Shown: positions 48,401 through 63,400 of the stretch, piece after piece
Layout: every line of letters starts with the position of its first letter
Numbering within the stretch: the stretch's first letter is position 1
Source: Guillardia theta CCMP2712
Lineage: Eukaryota > Protista > Cryptophyta
Direction of reading: 5' to 3'
Assembly: GCF_000315625.1 (NCBI RefSeq)
Contig: NW_005434664.1
Location: forward strand, 1 to 64,000
Length of the DNA stretch: 64,000 nt
Translations under genes and position numbers: made by a program
The notes under the pieces: generated by a model
Databases searched by the model: none
What the model was told of the DNA's origin: nothing
The model's input: the letters and a program-made list of their open reading frames with translations, nothing else

Positions 48401-51400
48401 ACCAATTGCAAGCTGAAAGGAACAGACAATTCTTCCTTTAAGATAAGGCTGACTCAGCTGACATTTTCTACTTCACAGGCGATTCATGTAACCTATGTGC
48501 CAGTTATGAAGGGATTGGTGTTGGACATCATTTCAAATTCAGTATACAGACTAAGTTTTGATATTATGATGCTCAAAGTTGATTTTAAAAATTACTATAT
48601 CTTCATCAGGACAAACATGTCTGGTATTTTTGGTTCTCAAATTCATGTAAGAAGTGTGATTTCGTTGTCACGTGATGGAATCGTGACATTGAATGCATCT
48701 GTGCCTGATTTAGTTTCAAGAATCTCCGAATATTGGGTTCAATACTATCTTGAAAATCCGTTGGAGCCAATTGCAGAAGTAGACTTGAATCAAAAATTAA
48801 TCACCTTGAGATTGCTTTCAAACGCGTATATAGAGGCTGGAGTTATTTCTTCGTTCTCAATTCAAGTTGTTAACCTTCCTTTTCAGTCATTTCCTTCATC
48901 AATATTCGTAGAGGCTGGAGGGTCGTTTGAAATTTCGCCAAGAAGATATGAATATGACTCGCTGGGGATTCCAAGAACGCTGATTGCGTATTTGAATGGA
49001 TCATACAATATTTCTGAAACCATCCTTGACTTTCTGCATCCTAGGTTTGACAACATAAGCGTCGGACATTACATTCAAGTAGACAGCGAGTTGATGATCG
49101 TGCTTGATGTCATCGGAAACATTTTGTCAGTTCGGAGGGGATGTATGGGAACAATCAGTCAACCTCATCAAGATGGTGCACAAGTGTATTTGGCTCTCCT
49201 AGGCTCATCTTTCGGAGATTCAGAACCCTTTCGTGTGTTCGAGCCAAAGTTCATAAGAGCAGACATTGGACAATCTCGAATCGATACCGGAGTGTCGAAT
49301 TCTATTTGTGTAACCTTCGCTCTGAATGTTGATATTTTTGTTTCCGAAAACTTTACGATCAAGATCGGAAACTTAAGTGGAATTACTCATCCGATCGGTC
49401 CCATTCCAATCTATTCATGCGATGATTTGAGGATTCCTTCACATTCGGCAAGCATGGACATCGAATTCTCATCTCTGAGCGTAAATCTCGAATTCAACTT
49501 GCACAAGGGTATTTCATATGCGTTTGGATTTGACGTGGTAAATCCCACAACTCCCCAGTCATCACCAGATATTTACATAATGGCAGTCGGACCTTACAAT
49601 GTGAAAATGAGCTATTTTCAAACAATCCTTCCTAATCTTCCGGTCATTTCTCGCTTTCGATTGACTGTGCAAGTTGAAAACTGGTGGACCACGGAAATTT
49701 TCGTTCCAGAGAATCATGATTTGCCTTTGTATTCGTACGTTCGAATAGGAGATGAGCTTATGACCATTGTAGAATCGACGGAGCGTGAGGTTATAGTTCA
49801 AAGATGTGTTCACAACACAGTTTGTACCAAGCACATAGCTGGCGAAACTGTTTTTGCTTACGCTGTAGGAGCGCGCATTGGTGATTCAAGGCCATTGCAA
49901 GTTCGAAATGGTTTCATATTTGGTATGCTTAGACAAAGCAGTCCAAACCCTTCCGAATTGGATACAATCGAACTTTCTCTGATATTTGTTGCCAAACCAA
50001 ACAGCACACAGAAGATTGTCATAAGTGGATTGATTGGCTTTGAAGATTCTAGCAATAGCCAATATCCAATATTTGTGAAACAACGAAATGAGAGCAGCAC
50101 AGCATTTGGCAGCTTTGCAGTTTGGTCAAGAGAACATGGATCAATGACTGTGTCTTTTACCATGAATGATTCGAGTGCCTTACACCCGTTTCAGATAAGC
50201 TTCACCCTTCAAAATCCAATTCCTACAAACCAAAGGATGGATCGAGTTGAATTTAGCCAAGTAAACGGCACAAATATTTATCAGGCGACTCCACAGGTTG
50301 CGTCAATGTTTGACTTCTTTTTGGGATCGAAAATAGAAGGTTTACTCGCAACTTACTATGTCGATTCCTCGTTAGATAATCCCTCGTGCAACATAGAAGC
50401 AGCTTCCATTGGAGGAAATCTTAATCCATGTCCAACATCATACATGGGATTCAGCACTTATTCACGTCTGCAGGGATATCTGAATGTTGAGAGTGCTGTT
50501 TATGCAACCTGCAATTTCGTATTTGGCAGTGCTATGGATCGTGCACGACTGTGGATTGAAAATGTTTTATTGATCGATCAATGGGACAGCTTGGAAACAA
50601 TCACGACCAGTATCAAAACTGATTTGACAGCGCATGAGACTTACTTTCGTTTGGAACAGCAAGTGCTACCGACTGGTACCGGAAATGCTATATCTTGGTA
50701 TGATGTTAGGGGTAATGGTTTAAACGCAACATTCGATTTCATAAGATTGTTTGTCAGCGAACTTCAAATCACGATTTATCCAGCATTTCCGTGTGCTTCA
50801 ACGAGCTCATGTACAGGAAGTTCACTATCAATACAGACTGCAGGAATACAAGCAACCTTTACCTTGGTAGTGAGAGATGAATTTGGCAATGTTCGATATC
50901 AGCAGACTGATCAAATATTTTCTTTCGGGGTTCTGTCTTACTTCAAACTTGCTGACAATTCAACTCCTTTGCGCCCCCTTGTCAAAGTCAACTTGGGTCG
51001 TTTTCATTATGAGTACCTGAATACCAGAGCTGTGGAACAAAAGATATACAGTTGCATTGCACTTTCAGGGGGCTTGTTTGCAACATACTACCAGAACTGG
51101 TTGCCACATACAACAAGCATAGATTCAACTCTTGACTTTTCTAGAGACGTTTCCATCGAGCAAGCAGCTCACTGGCCAAACTCTCAGCTATCTTTCAATA
51201 CGATAAATGGTGCATTTGAAGCTCGATGGCAGGGCTTTGTACGTTCAAAGCTGTTCAGTCTGCACACCTTTTACGTGAATTTTGGTGCGACACGAGACCC
51301 CATGGACCGTATAAAAGTGTGGATTGACAACAAAATCGTAGTTGAACAATGGTCTTCTTTGCAAAGCGCATTCATCACAGGAACCATTTCCCTTCAAAAC

Positions 51401-54400
51401 CCAGAAACTTTGTACGAAATCAACATCGAATATCGCAATGGAGGGAATTCTCAATCCTACCTGCAATTGTTCTGGAATTTTGACGAAGACTACAACTCTG
51501 GAATTTTTGTCATCTCCTCTTCTAGACTATATTCCTGTCATCTTGTTCGCAATTCACCTTTCAATGTCAGGACGGTTGCCAACGTCGTTTCGCCAGACCA
51601 AAGTTTGATTTCCACGAATAATTTGCCATTCGAAAATGTTGGACAACGAGTCAACATCACCATACAATTAAAAGATGCTTACGGAAATAATATCACATCA
51701 AATGCATTCCCGTTTGAAGGTCATGAAGTCGGCATAGCTTGCCGAGTCAGCGATATTTCTTCGACACACGATTTGCAAGAATATCGATCATGTGCAGTCT
51801 TGCACGTTGGAAAGTGTTCTCTAATAGGAAGCTGTGATAACAGTTACATTTTGGGTGAAGTTTTGAAAAGAAATATCAATATATCGCTATCACTCTTTAT
51901 TAACGGGGGGTTAACAGAAACAACATATCGAGATCTCAATCTGAGTAGTCCAGTGAATGCTCTAGTTATAGAAAACATTGACTTCTCATTCGACCGACAT
52001 TCACCCAGAGAAGGATCGAACATTCCGAATGACTTTTTCTCATTGCGATGGTCTGGCGGAGTACGCACGGAATATGCAGATCACTATACATTCAAAATTG
52101 AGACTTCACCGACGATAGGAATGGACGGAGGACTCCGTCCTTACACTTACATACGACTTGATGACGAGACCATGCAAACTCTCACTGTCGAGAACACATC
52201 CTTTACTGGATCAATATTGTCCAGAATAAACCTGTATCGACAAGTCTTCCCCTTCTCAAAAAGTGTCCACAAATTGGGAACTCAAATGCAAGTTGTCATG
52301 CCAATTTTCGAATTGCCTTTGCTCAAGGGCCGTTTCTTTCTGACGAATTTCACAAATTTTTTGACAATTGAACAAGACATGGAAAGAATTCAATTTGACT
52401 CACTCAGAATAATTAGAATAGACTATGATGGTGATCCGGAAACTCAAGAAGATGCAGAAGTCCGCATTATCACTTCAGTTTCGAATATGCACACATTACA
52501 ACTTGAGGAGGCGCTCAAGTATCAGATCATTCCAAATGTTTCAACTTATGAAATATTTTCGGCATTTGATAGAATCTTTCAAAATCTCGGAGACTGGACA
52601 CGGTCTGATGGAAATCTGACTTTAAAAATGAAACCTGGAACCTCATTGTTGAACGACATCGATGAAAACACACAGGATCTGATCCTTCTGGATACGATCT
52701 CTCCACAAATTGTTTCAGGCAGTTACATTGTGATTGACGATGAGATCTTGTTGGTTTTGAATATAATTGAGAATAAAGTTTTCTCAATGAGGGGTCAGAT
52801 GAAGACAGCAAGAGCGAAGCACTCTGCCGGTACCTTGGTCGCAACATGCCTTGCTCCTGGTAGAATATATTCTTTTGCATTTCCGTTGCAGAACAAGGAT
52901 TCAGAACAATCAGGTCAAACGATTCATGTTGTGACCAAGGGTGCAGCAAATGTCTCTGAAGTGTATGACGAAGACATCAATGCCACTTTGCCGTTCCTAC
53001 TATCACAAAAGGGCGATACGTCTCCGATGAAAACCTATGGACTTTCTTTCCTAGTGAAAAATATTGGACAGAGCTCAACAGGGCCGTGCGCATCCTACGA
53101 TCCAACTTTATGGTGCTTCCAAGGAAATGAAATTACAATAACAATTGCATTCAACCACAAATTAGGTTCAGGATCTATGATATCAGTTACAGGTTTGACT
53201 GGTTCTCAAACTGAGACTGCAGATGACAGAGAAATAATTCTCTTGCACAACATTAAATCAAATGACACAGATGCAACAGTAAATGTTTTGAGCAATCTGT
53301 CAATTACTTCGGGATCGTTTTGGAAGATAGACGAGGAATTAATTTTGGTGACAAAGGTAGCATGTTCTGACATGAGTCATTGTTCCTTGAAAATGGTCCG
53401 TGCACAAGCAAATACTGCGGCAACATTTCATTCTGCTCTGACAAGTTTCAGACAGAGGCTACCAATTTTTGATAAGCCTCTGATTGAAGGCATAATTATC
53501 AATGCCAACTCAGATTCAGTGGTTAGCGTGAAATTCGACTCATCAGATATCGCTCCATTGATGAATTTGTCAAATTATGTTATACAGGTAGATTTTGATG
53601 GGGATCCTTCAACACCCGATGTTGAGACATCACTCATTTCTAAACAGATTTCGTCAGAGCTTTACCTTTACCAAGGCTTGTCACAAATGCCAAGCAATGA
53701 GTCTAGATTTCAAATTTTAAGCAAATCTTCCATTCTCTTTGGGCAAAGCTCTACTTGGTATAGGGAGACTGGAAATCTTTCATTAAAAGTTGGAGATGGT
53801 CTTGTGGGAATGAAACTTGAGAAATCGATGGACTCAAAAAACAACACGTTGTGTATACAGAATGTAAATTCTGAGTTGGACATGAGAGGATTGTACGTCC
53901 AGATCGATGAAGAGATCATTCTCTTGATAGCACAGGAGGGAAACTGCTTCATTTCACTGCGAGGGGCAGCGAATTCGTTGATTACAGGTCATTCTCAATT
54001 AGCCCGAGTCGATGCAATCATGATGGCAGGAGTGGTATATAAGTTTTCTTTCCAACTCACGAATTCCTGGAACGCTCAGGACTCATTGCCGATTTACATT
54101 CAGACTCATGGCAATATCGATTCCACCCGCGAACGAATGATTCGAGATCAGATTTCTCTCACTTCTGACATGGGTTCGATTCCTGGGGATGCAGCGCCAT
54201 TGAAAACTTATAAAGGATTCGTGAGTGGTGGGAAAGATATTGGACAAAACAATCCAAATCCAGGTTCATTGAATACGTTGACTGTTACCTTGGGAATGAA
54301 TCTATTCTTAGCTTCAAACAATATATCAGACCTTGGAAATGTCGTGATAGAAGGACTTAGTGGGAGTGCAAGTCCAGATGGAGACTTGGAAATATTGGAT

Positions 54401-57400
54401 TCATCGTTCTTGATTGAACAAGGTCATCTTTCAAAAATAGATCATCAGAACCCATCCAGGGTTTTGTTTCTGGCTAGCAATGCATCAAAATTTAGCGGGG
54501 CATACGTGGGATTTAGGATTTCAGTACAGACTGGAGCATTTCCGGCTGAAGAAAGAATGATTGTTCAATATCTCAGTAGAGAAGTCACTCTAGATAACGA
54601 ACTTGTCCATTTGCCTTCGATTGATTCTACCTATCAGATCTTCAGCCTGGCGTCCACTGTTTTGAATCTACAGGGCACCTGGAGTCAAGCAGAAGGTAGA
54701 TTGGAACTTTCTGTAAAACCAGGCAGAGCTTTTTATCCCGATGTCCTGTACAGCTTTTATTTCACTCTGTTGAATCCGGTATCGTTTCCAAACAATGTCA
54801 AGCAAGAATCTCCACGGATCTTCATCTCTGCCAACGGAACTGCCCACATCCCAAGAACAGAAATGCAGAGGGATTTCGCAAGAATCTTAGATCAATTGGC
54901 AGCACAGCCAGGAGATGCCTTGCCTCTCAGACTGTACAATAACAGGTTCAGGAAAGCTTTGTTGTTTCAAAATTCAACAATTCCATTTGGTACAAATAAC
55001 ATTAAGGTTCTGATCTCGACCAATGTCCCATTGTCCTCTAGAATTCCGAATTCATTGATCATTGCTGGACTGTCCAGTATGAGATGTAGTAGCTTTGTTG
55101 AAATTTTCAATTATCCTGTTCAGACTGGGCAAATAGGCAAAGTTTTCAGCCAAAGTGAATTTGAATTGCTTCCGTTTTCATCATATTTGCAGAACATTTC
55201 GCAATCTTATGTCATTTCGATTCAAAACGAGAGTAGAGTCATCCAATTAGCCATGGATGGAAGCAGAGTAAAGGTTTTCTACAGTTTTTCCAACAATGTC
55301 ACTGAACGTGATCACTACGAAATCTCGTTGAATGTTGAAAACACAATAGCCCACCATGCGCGATGCGATGAGCACCTTGGCACTGTGGAAATTTCGTTCC
55401 AAGATATTTCATATCTGGCAGAAAGTGTGAATCTTTCCAGTTCAATCATCCTGATCGAGAATGTATCAACGTTTGAAGTAGGTGTCGGATCGTTCTTGCA
55501 AATAAATCAGGAGATAGTCCAGGTTTTGACGATTTCAGGTCACGCATTGATTGTTCATCGGGGGTTAGGCTCTAGCTTATTGTCATCCCACCAGATTGGT
55601 GACGTAGTTTCTAAGATCCTGCCACCTGATCTGGGGATCATAATTGCCTTCAACCTCTTTAACCCTTCTCAAGTGGTCACCAATCAAAGCCAGATCACGA
55701 TCAAGGCGACAGCACCCCTGCGCAGCATCGAAGTAGATAGCTTTGGCCGTGGTTACATTGATGGATCAGTACTTTTGTACGGAGGCGATGGATATGGAGC
55801 TTCTGCAGTCTTTTCTGTATTTCCCAATGGATCCATTGGAGCCACTGAAATTACCAACGTTGGACATGGATTTACCTTGGCACCCAATGCAACATTAGAA
55901 TATTTCAAAGGCAGCCTTACGTCCAGTGCAACTTCGTATGACCAGATTCTAAATGTTTCGAATTTACTACAATGTAACTTTGTTGTCGGGGCACTTCTGG
56001 TGATTGAAGGTGAAATTGTCCAAGTTGCTGAAATCGACATCGCAGGTAGCAGTCTCAGGGTTGACAGAGGAATACAAGGTACATTGGCTATGTTTCATCC
56101 TCAAAATGTTGAAGTACGATGGTTGAGAAATCTTATGACAAACTCAATAACCCACATCAAAATTATTTCAACAGGATTGAACTTTGTGTCCGGTAGTATT
56201 CGTGTCCTTGGAGGTTGCGATCCTGCAGTATGTAGTCAAGCGTACGCAATATTTGAAGTGGACACGAATGGATCCGTAACAAACATTGAGATATACGACC
56301 ATGGAGCCGGATATCTCCGAGATCCTGCAGATGATTATGATCCCACGTATAAGCCATATGTAATCGAGGTGTTGTATGCAGACTCTGGGAGCATTCAAAT
56401 GAATTCGATATCCGACTTACAAATACTTGGCTCCAACATGACAGGATGCAGTGCAGGGATTCACATTTATGCTCTTTCTGGAGGTGGCTACAGATTTGAT
56501 GCTGTTGTCAGTGCAGCTCAAGATGGTGCAATAACAGCTATCACTGTTTTAGATCATGGTGTGGGTTACCAACAGGATCCTGATTTGGTATCCGATGACT
56601 CTGCATGCAAGTGCAATGGAAGAGATTCTAGCATCACTGGTGTCTTAAATGAATGTTTGAAGGTAAGACGCGCATCTGGCTTATCGCTTGAAGCTGTTAG
56701 GGCTTCTGGTGCTTTGGTTCACGCTTTGGTGGATTATGGAACAATTCCAAAGACAGGCTTCTCGTCGTCGATTCTTGTTCAAAATCCTCACTTTGAAGGA
56801 ACAATTTCACAACAAACAGATGCTCCAAATTCTTTGAATGTGATTTCAATTACATTCTCTGCCAATTTTGCTATCTCTGCTGGAACTATAATAGAATTTT
56901 CAGGTTTTGAGCAAAGAAACATTTTTGTTCTGTCGGCAAAAATTAAACTCAATTCGATAAGAAGTAGATCCTCATTTTTTATTGACGATTCATCACTCCA
57001 AGAAGACGATGCGTATCTTGGATACTTGATGGAAATTAACGGAGAAATACGCGAGATTGTCAAGTACACGCAGGCAAGGAGCGTTACAGTATATCCCTCC
57101 TTCTCCAACTCTCCATTGGAGGGCACAAAGTTCATGATATGGCTTGCGGGCAACAACGCATCGATCAACACTTGCGTATCTGAATCGACTTCCAGTCTGT
57201 GTAGATCGTTTTCTCCCATATCGAATGATCAAACAGGTATGGGTAACTGGGATGAATCGGCCAAATCTTTAAAATTGATGGCAGTTGCATGGATACCAGC
57301 TTTCGAAAACATCACAATCTCGTTTCAAGTCATGAACAGAAACCAGCTTACATCAAGCCTAATCCAAATACAAAGCCAAGGAAATGAGTCGGTTCCTCCT

Positions 57401-60400
57401 CAAGTTTTGAACTCCAGCACTGCATTGCCCATTTCGTTCGCTCAATTCACTACAAAATCAATTGGTCAATCCTCGCCATGGCCCGGGGCTAACAATACCT
57501 TGTCACTCACTTTGGCTTCAAACGTCCTTTTGAGTTATGACGAAGTCATTTCTATCAAAATTTCAAACCTGACTGGTGCTGTCATCAACTCACAGCATTT
57601 TGCATTAACAGACCGAGCGTTATATACCGGAGTGGTGATCAGCGTTTACAACCAGTCTGCAATCCAAATAGACAACCGATGTGATTCGTATCAATATTAC
57701 AGAATTTTCTTCGACATTGACGGCATTGACTCCACTCAAAGCGATCGGTACTCAGATATCATTCAGAATTGCATGGATGGATCTGTCGTATTGCTCACAA
57801 AGGATCTTCCAGTGCAGGCCAATTCAAACTCTACATATGCGATTTATGGGGCATCAGCAAAGATTTTTGGATATCATGGTTTTTGGGACTTGAACGATAC
57901 TACTGCAACATTCACCTTCGTAGAGGATGTTCAGATGAAGGAAGATATTAGCGAAAGTTCGAATACGTTTGAACTGGACTCGGTGGATTTGATTGAAAAG
58001 GGCATGTTTCTTCGAATAGACAGCGAAATCATGCAAATCACAGATTTGATCAACCAATCTGTTTATGTTCTGCGTGGATTATACAATAGTGTAGCTACGA
58101 TACATTCGAAGGAAACAAAATCCTATCCTATCCTACCCGCCACTATGAAAATTTTATTTTCCTTTGATCTACAAAATTTTGAATACCCTCAAGAGTCGCC
58201 AAACATTTACATCAGGGCTATTCCAAGAATCTACGGTTTTACATTTTTGCAGTCTGGTTCAAACTTCATTCCTGGCATCATTCAAATAACAAGCATTGGA
58301 AGAAGAGGCATTGAGGAGACAGTCGCCTCGTTTTCCTTTTATGTGGCGTACTCCATTGCGACTGCAAAGGTCATTTCTTCCGGAGTCAATTGTACTCCAT
58401 CCAATATCACTGCTGTAGATGGCGATGGACAGGGATTTTCAGGTCGCGTTTTGGCAACTGCTGGAGCGATATATTCGGTGGAAATATTCAATCAAGGGAA
58501 CAATTACTTGTACGTTCCATCTGGAAACTGCAGTGGAAACTGCATTTGCGTTCAGAATCAGGCAATCTGTGACGATGCCCTTGACACCAACAACAGTTGT
58601 ATTTGCAGATTGCCGTCTGCAAGAATCACAGATCAGTATACATCTTGTAGGGACTATCAAATTGAATTGAGTCTCTCTGGCACATTGCCAATAAAATCGG
58701 GTACTCTTCAATATTTCAAAAGGAATGAAACGCAAAGTTCATATGGAGGTTCACTCAATGCCAAATTTTTGTATGAAGGTTTTCGTCGATGTGGGATGGA
58801 CGACGTCCTTAAAAGTGATTGCTTACAGGAAAGCACGATAACATCTGTCTCCTTTCAAAATTATGGGACAGGATACACGTCGGCTGAGATTAGAACTGGA
58901 GGACCTGAATTGGGCTTTCTCGCTACTATCGGGGTCAACTTGAATGGATCATTGCAGCCTGAGACTTTGGTGATTGAGAATCATGGATCGGGATACAGTG
59001 TTGGAGCAACCGGTATTTTGTTCTATCCTGGAACACAAGATCAGATGGAAAATACAATCACATCGATTGTCATCATAGCATCAGGAAGTAATTATATTGA
59101 TGGAAACCTTTTGGCTGTTGGTGAGTCTACTACAACTCCGTTTCAAGGAACATATACGGTCAATGGCAACGGCAGTATTGCAGGCACCACTATTAAATCT
59201 CGGGGTATATATCGCAGCTCTGACCCATCAATTCTCATGACATACCCTTTCAGTTCAGCTTGCGCAATTGACAACTCTGCTTGTACTAGCACTGTTCAAG
59301 ACAAGACTATCACTGGAATGGTCATCAGGACAAAAGGATCTGGATACCTTCCTGGAAGGATTATTGCTATCGGCGGAGGAGGCACAGGATTTGAGGCAAA
59401 CTTTGATGTCGATGCACAGGGTGGTATCTCAGCCATCTACTTTCAACAAGCTTCAAGCCATGGATCAAATTATGTTGAAGATCCAGAATATTTTGTGATA
59501 TTGTATTTGGATACTTCCTTATGCAATTACTCTTTGGCTCTCAATAATTCCATCTGCACTCAAGAAGGAAGCATAGCTTCTGTAAGATATACGCAATTTC
59601 AACTTCCCGACCTTCCACTCTATCCAGTTGAGTACGTGCAAGCATATACAGATTGTTCGAATACGTCCAATTGCACGTCCTCAAAGAATTGCTCCCTTGA
59701 TCCAAATTGTACTGGTCAAGGGTTTCAGGGCCTTTGTAAAATCGTGAAAGGATATCAAGGGTCGGGTGAAGATTTGATCATTGAAGTATCAGTATCAGAT
59801 CATGGAGTTGGTTATTCATGTTTGGATCCTCCCAAAGTTTTTTGCGATGGCTATGATCAAGTGTTTGAAGCTGTTGTACCTTGTGGAGCATCGGTGATAC
59901 CAAAGCGAGCAGATGGAGGAATTCTCCAAGCTATTCGAGCGCATGGAGCTTCATTCAAACTTCACGTTGCAGGAGGCAGCCAAGCTCTTATTATCGTGTC
60001 ACCTGCAGATATACAGCCACAAGAGTTGCAGGCTGACCGAAGCAGTATCCTATCATGGATCTCATCAGTTAAGGGAGATGCAGCCCCCCTTCGGATTCTG
60101 AAAAAAGGATTGATCCTTGCACTTGGAAGCCAGTCAACGGCATATCCAGAAGCTTACAATACATTACAATTTTCATTTGCCATCAACTTTCAACCCAAGT
60201 GGCCATTTATCCTTCAGGTAAGTGGACTGATTGGCACTGAAACTGCTTCAACCATCGGGGCACCTTCTGCGTATCTCATACAGGATATATCATCCTATGA
60301 CCAAAGTCTATACTTGAACACGAGAATATCATCAGAGTTACCTCAAACTTCCCATGGATATATCCGTGTGGACCAAGAAATAATGATGATTGTGAATATC

Positions 60401-63400
60401 AAAGAAAACATGTTACAAGTTATTAGAGCGATAGGAAATTCTGTTGCAAGTGAACATTCCAATCAGACGAATATCACTTTTGTTTTGCCAATTAATCCAG
60501 TTCGAGAATTTCTCTGTGAAGGGACGATAGCATGGTTAGACACAACAGTATCAAATACAACTTTCCGTGTTGCAGGGTGTTACATGCAGAATGAAATCAC
60601 CATGTCACTTCAGATAAGTCTTGTCGTCGGACCACTTGCTGAAAGTAGGAATGTTATTTCGTATCATAATGGTATCGTTGTTGTGTCCCATGAATTTTCA
60701 TTTTCGTTCGAAGTTGGAACTGAATTTAAATTGTATAGCCTGGTTAGCCTTGATTATTCGTCAACAAAACTTTGGAATCGTGCCTCAGGGATTTTGCAAC
60801 TTCAATTTGAACTGCCAATAGTAACGAACATTACGTATTCATTTGCAATCATCGTGAAGAACACCAATTCTTTTCAATCTACGAAGACAAACATTTCTAT
60901 CCTAACATCGATGAGTGTTTATGAAGCTGAGCTGCAGCCAATTTGTTGTCAAGTACAATCTCAATTCCCTTCAAGGGAGGTCACAACGCTTCAATACCCA
61001 GTGGGGAAATCAGACCACGAGATTTACGTTCAGAATGGCAGTGATCCTGGACTGTCTGTTGGTGGGTTGATCTTTGTCGGAGAGGAAATCATGAGAATTG
61101 TGGGAGCGAATGGAAGCATGCTACAAGTTGAGCGAGGAATCAACTTCTCTCTTGTTCAAGGCTACATCGAACAAGTAGACCCTTCTGTTCCAGAGTTGAA
61201 TTTTCAGTTGTCTAGCAATGCGTCAACCATACAAGGAGCATATATTGGTTTTGAGATCATTGTTACGACAATTTTTGGATCAGAAGAAACTCGAATAATA
61301 ACAGGTTACAGCGCTCAAAGATTTGTGGAGATCTCTGATCCGCTAGATTTGAAACCGATAGCACTACGAAGCAAATTTGAAATCGTCACAAATTCTAAAT
61401 GGACACCTCAACTTCACCCGGATAAGTCACCCGTTTGGTTGATACAGACAGGAGGATCTCCTGGAGACAGAACTGTCCTGAAGATTTATGGATCTCAATT
61501 TAATTACAAGATTGCGTCTCAAACAAATCCATACCCAGCTGCACGAAATACTATTATCATCACTCTAAGTGCAAATGTTGAGCTTTCAAAATCTGCTTCA
61601 ATATCTTTGAGTGGATTTCTTGGAGCATTTGATATTCAAGATTCTCTGCAAATTTTCGATTTTCCAAGTCTTGATCAGGACAATTACTTCAGTTCGTTTA
61701 TGAACAGGTCCAATGTAGGTTACGGAAATTGGAATGATCGAACAAAAAATTTAACTTTGTTTTTGATTCAACCTTTACCAGCCGGCAAAATCTACCGATT
61801 TAGCTTCAATATCTATAATCCAATAGATTCTCAACTTTCACCGTCAATAGTTGTAGAAACTAGAGTTGGAATCGATTTCGTTGAGGTCCAAAATACTGGT
61901 ATTGGATACATCGCAGGCGAAATTTTCGCGGTAGGTGGAGGAGCATACGATTGGGCTTCTTGGTGTAACCCAGCTTGTGGAGGCTCAGGATTTGAAGGAA
62001 CGTTTACTGTCGAAAAGGTAAAAGAATATGTTGATACGCAAAATCAACCAAGAGAGATTTTTGGAATAAGTTCTGTTGAATTGACAAATCATGGATATGC
62101 ATTCAATTCGTTACCATCCATAATCCCTTACTATTTAGGCGGATTTCTCAACATGTCGCTTCAGGCTACAAGCACAAGTCTAAAGCTGAATTCTGAAGAT
62201 GTTGCCAAACTTGGCATTGTTCCAGATTGTCAGCTATTGCTTGAAAACGAAATAGTTCTGGTTCAATATGTTGATGGAAATAATTTGACCATATCTAGAG
62301 CACAGGAGGGCACGATTGCAGATTCTCACCCCGAAGGAACCAGAGTTTACCCATACCCACCGGAGATGGAGAACAGTATAACATCCCTGGTCGTGCTTGA
62401 TGAAGGAATCAATTACATACCTGGGATCATCGTACTTGAAAATGCAGTGCATGGATTTGGTTTCAGAGCAAGGTTCAATGTCTCTGATGGCAAAATAAAG
62501 CAGGATCTTATAACATTGTCGCGCCATGGAAGTGGCTTCCTTGTTGACCCTTTTGCTGAACCTTACTATGTTGACACGGCTGAAAAGATGACTGATTCTA
62601 TTGTTTCGATTGATATATTACAACCTGGGAGAGGATATACTGTCGGAGTGATCGGAGCGACGGATATAAATGGGTCAAACTTCTCAGCCTCTTTTGAAGT
62701 AAGCTCCGGGATTTTCGATGCACAAAATTCTTCAATAGTATTTGCAAGAGATAGAGGACAAATCGTCAATGTAGGGATTCTGCAACATGGGACCAATTAC
62801 ACGCGTAATGCGAACCTTCAGATTCTCTATCCTGGTTCATCTGTACTCATGACGCAGTCATTGACTGAGGTTTTGCAATATTCTTTTGCTGATGTAAATT
62901 TGGAAGGCTGTAGGGTGATCGCTGATGTGATTCATGCCGAAGATTCAACCGGGAATGGTCTGAGGGCTGTTGCCCAGCACGTTACGTCGAAGGCATTTCT
63001 TCTTGAGCCATATTCTTTCATTGTGAAAAGCATTGGACAAACTTGCGATTTTCCCAACGCAAGAAATTACATCTCATTGACACTTGTTACCAATACGAGA
63101 TTGACATCAGGTACTACGATATCTATTTTTGGATTGACTGGAACAGCGTCAGAAACTTTGAATCTTGCAAATTTCAAGGATTATGAATGCAATCAAGCTA
63201 TCATGCAGTGCCCTTCCCGTCTCTTTGACTTCGGTAATGCCATATGGTCAATGCAGTCAGGTTTCCTATCGTTTTCCATAGCAGAGGGACAAAACTTTGA
63301 ACCGTATCATGCATATAAATTTACGATGGCTGTGCTGAATGGGCCACAAGCCCAAGATTCTCCCACTGTACGAATTGCTGCAGACGGCGAGAATTCTATT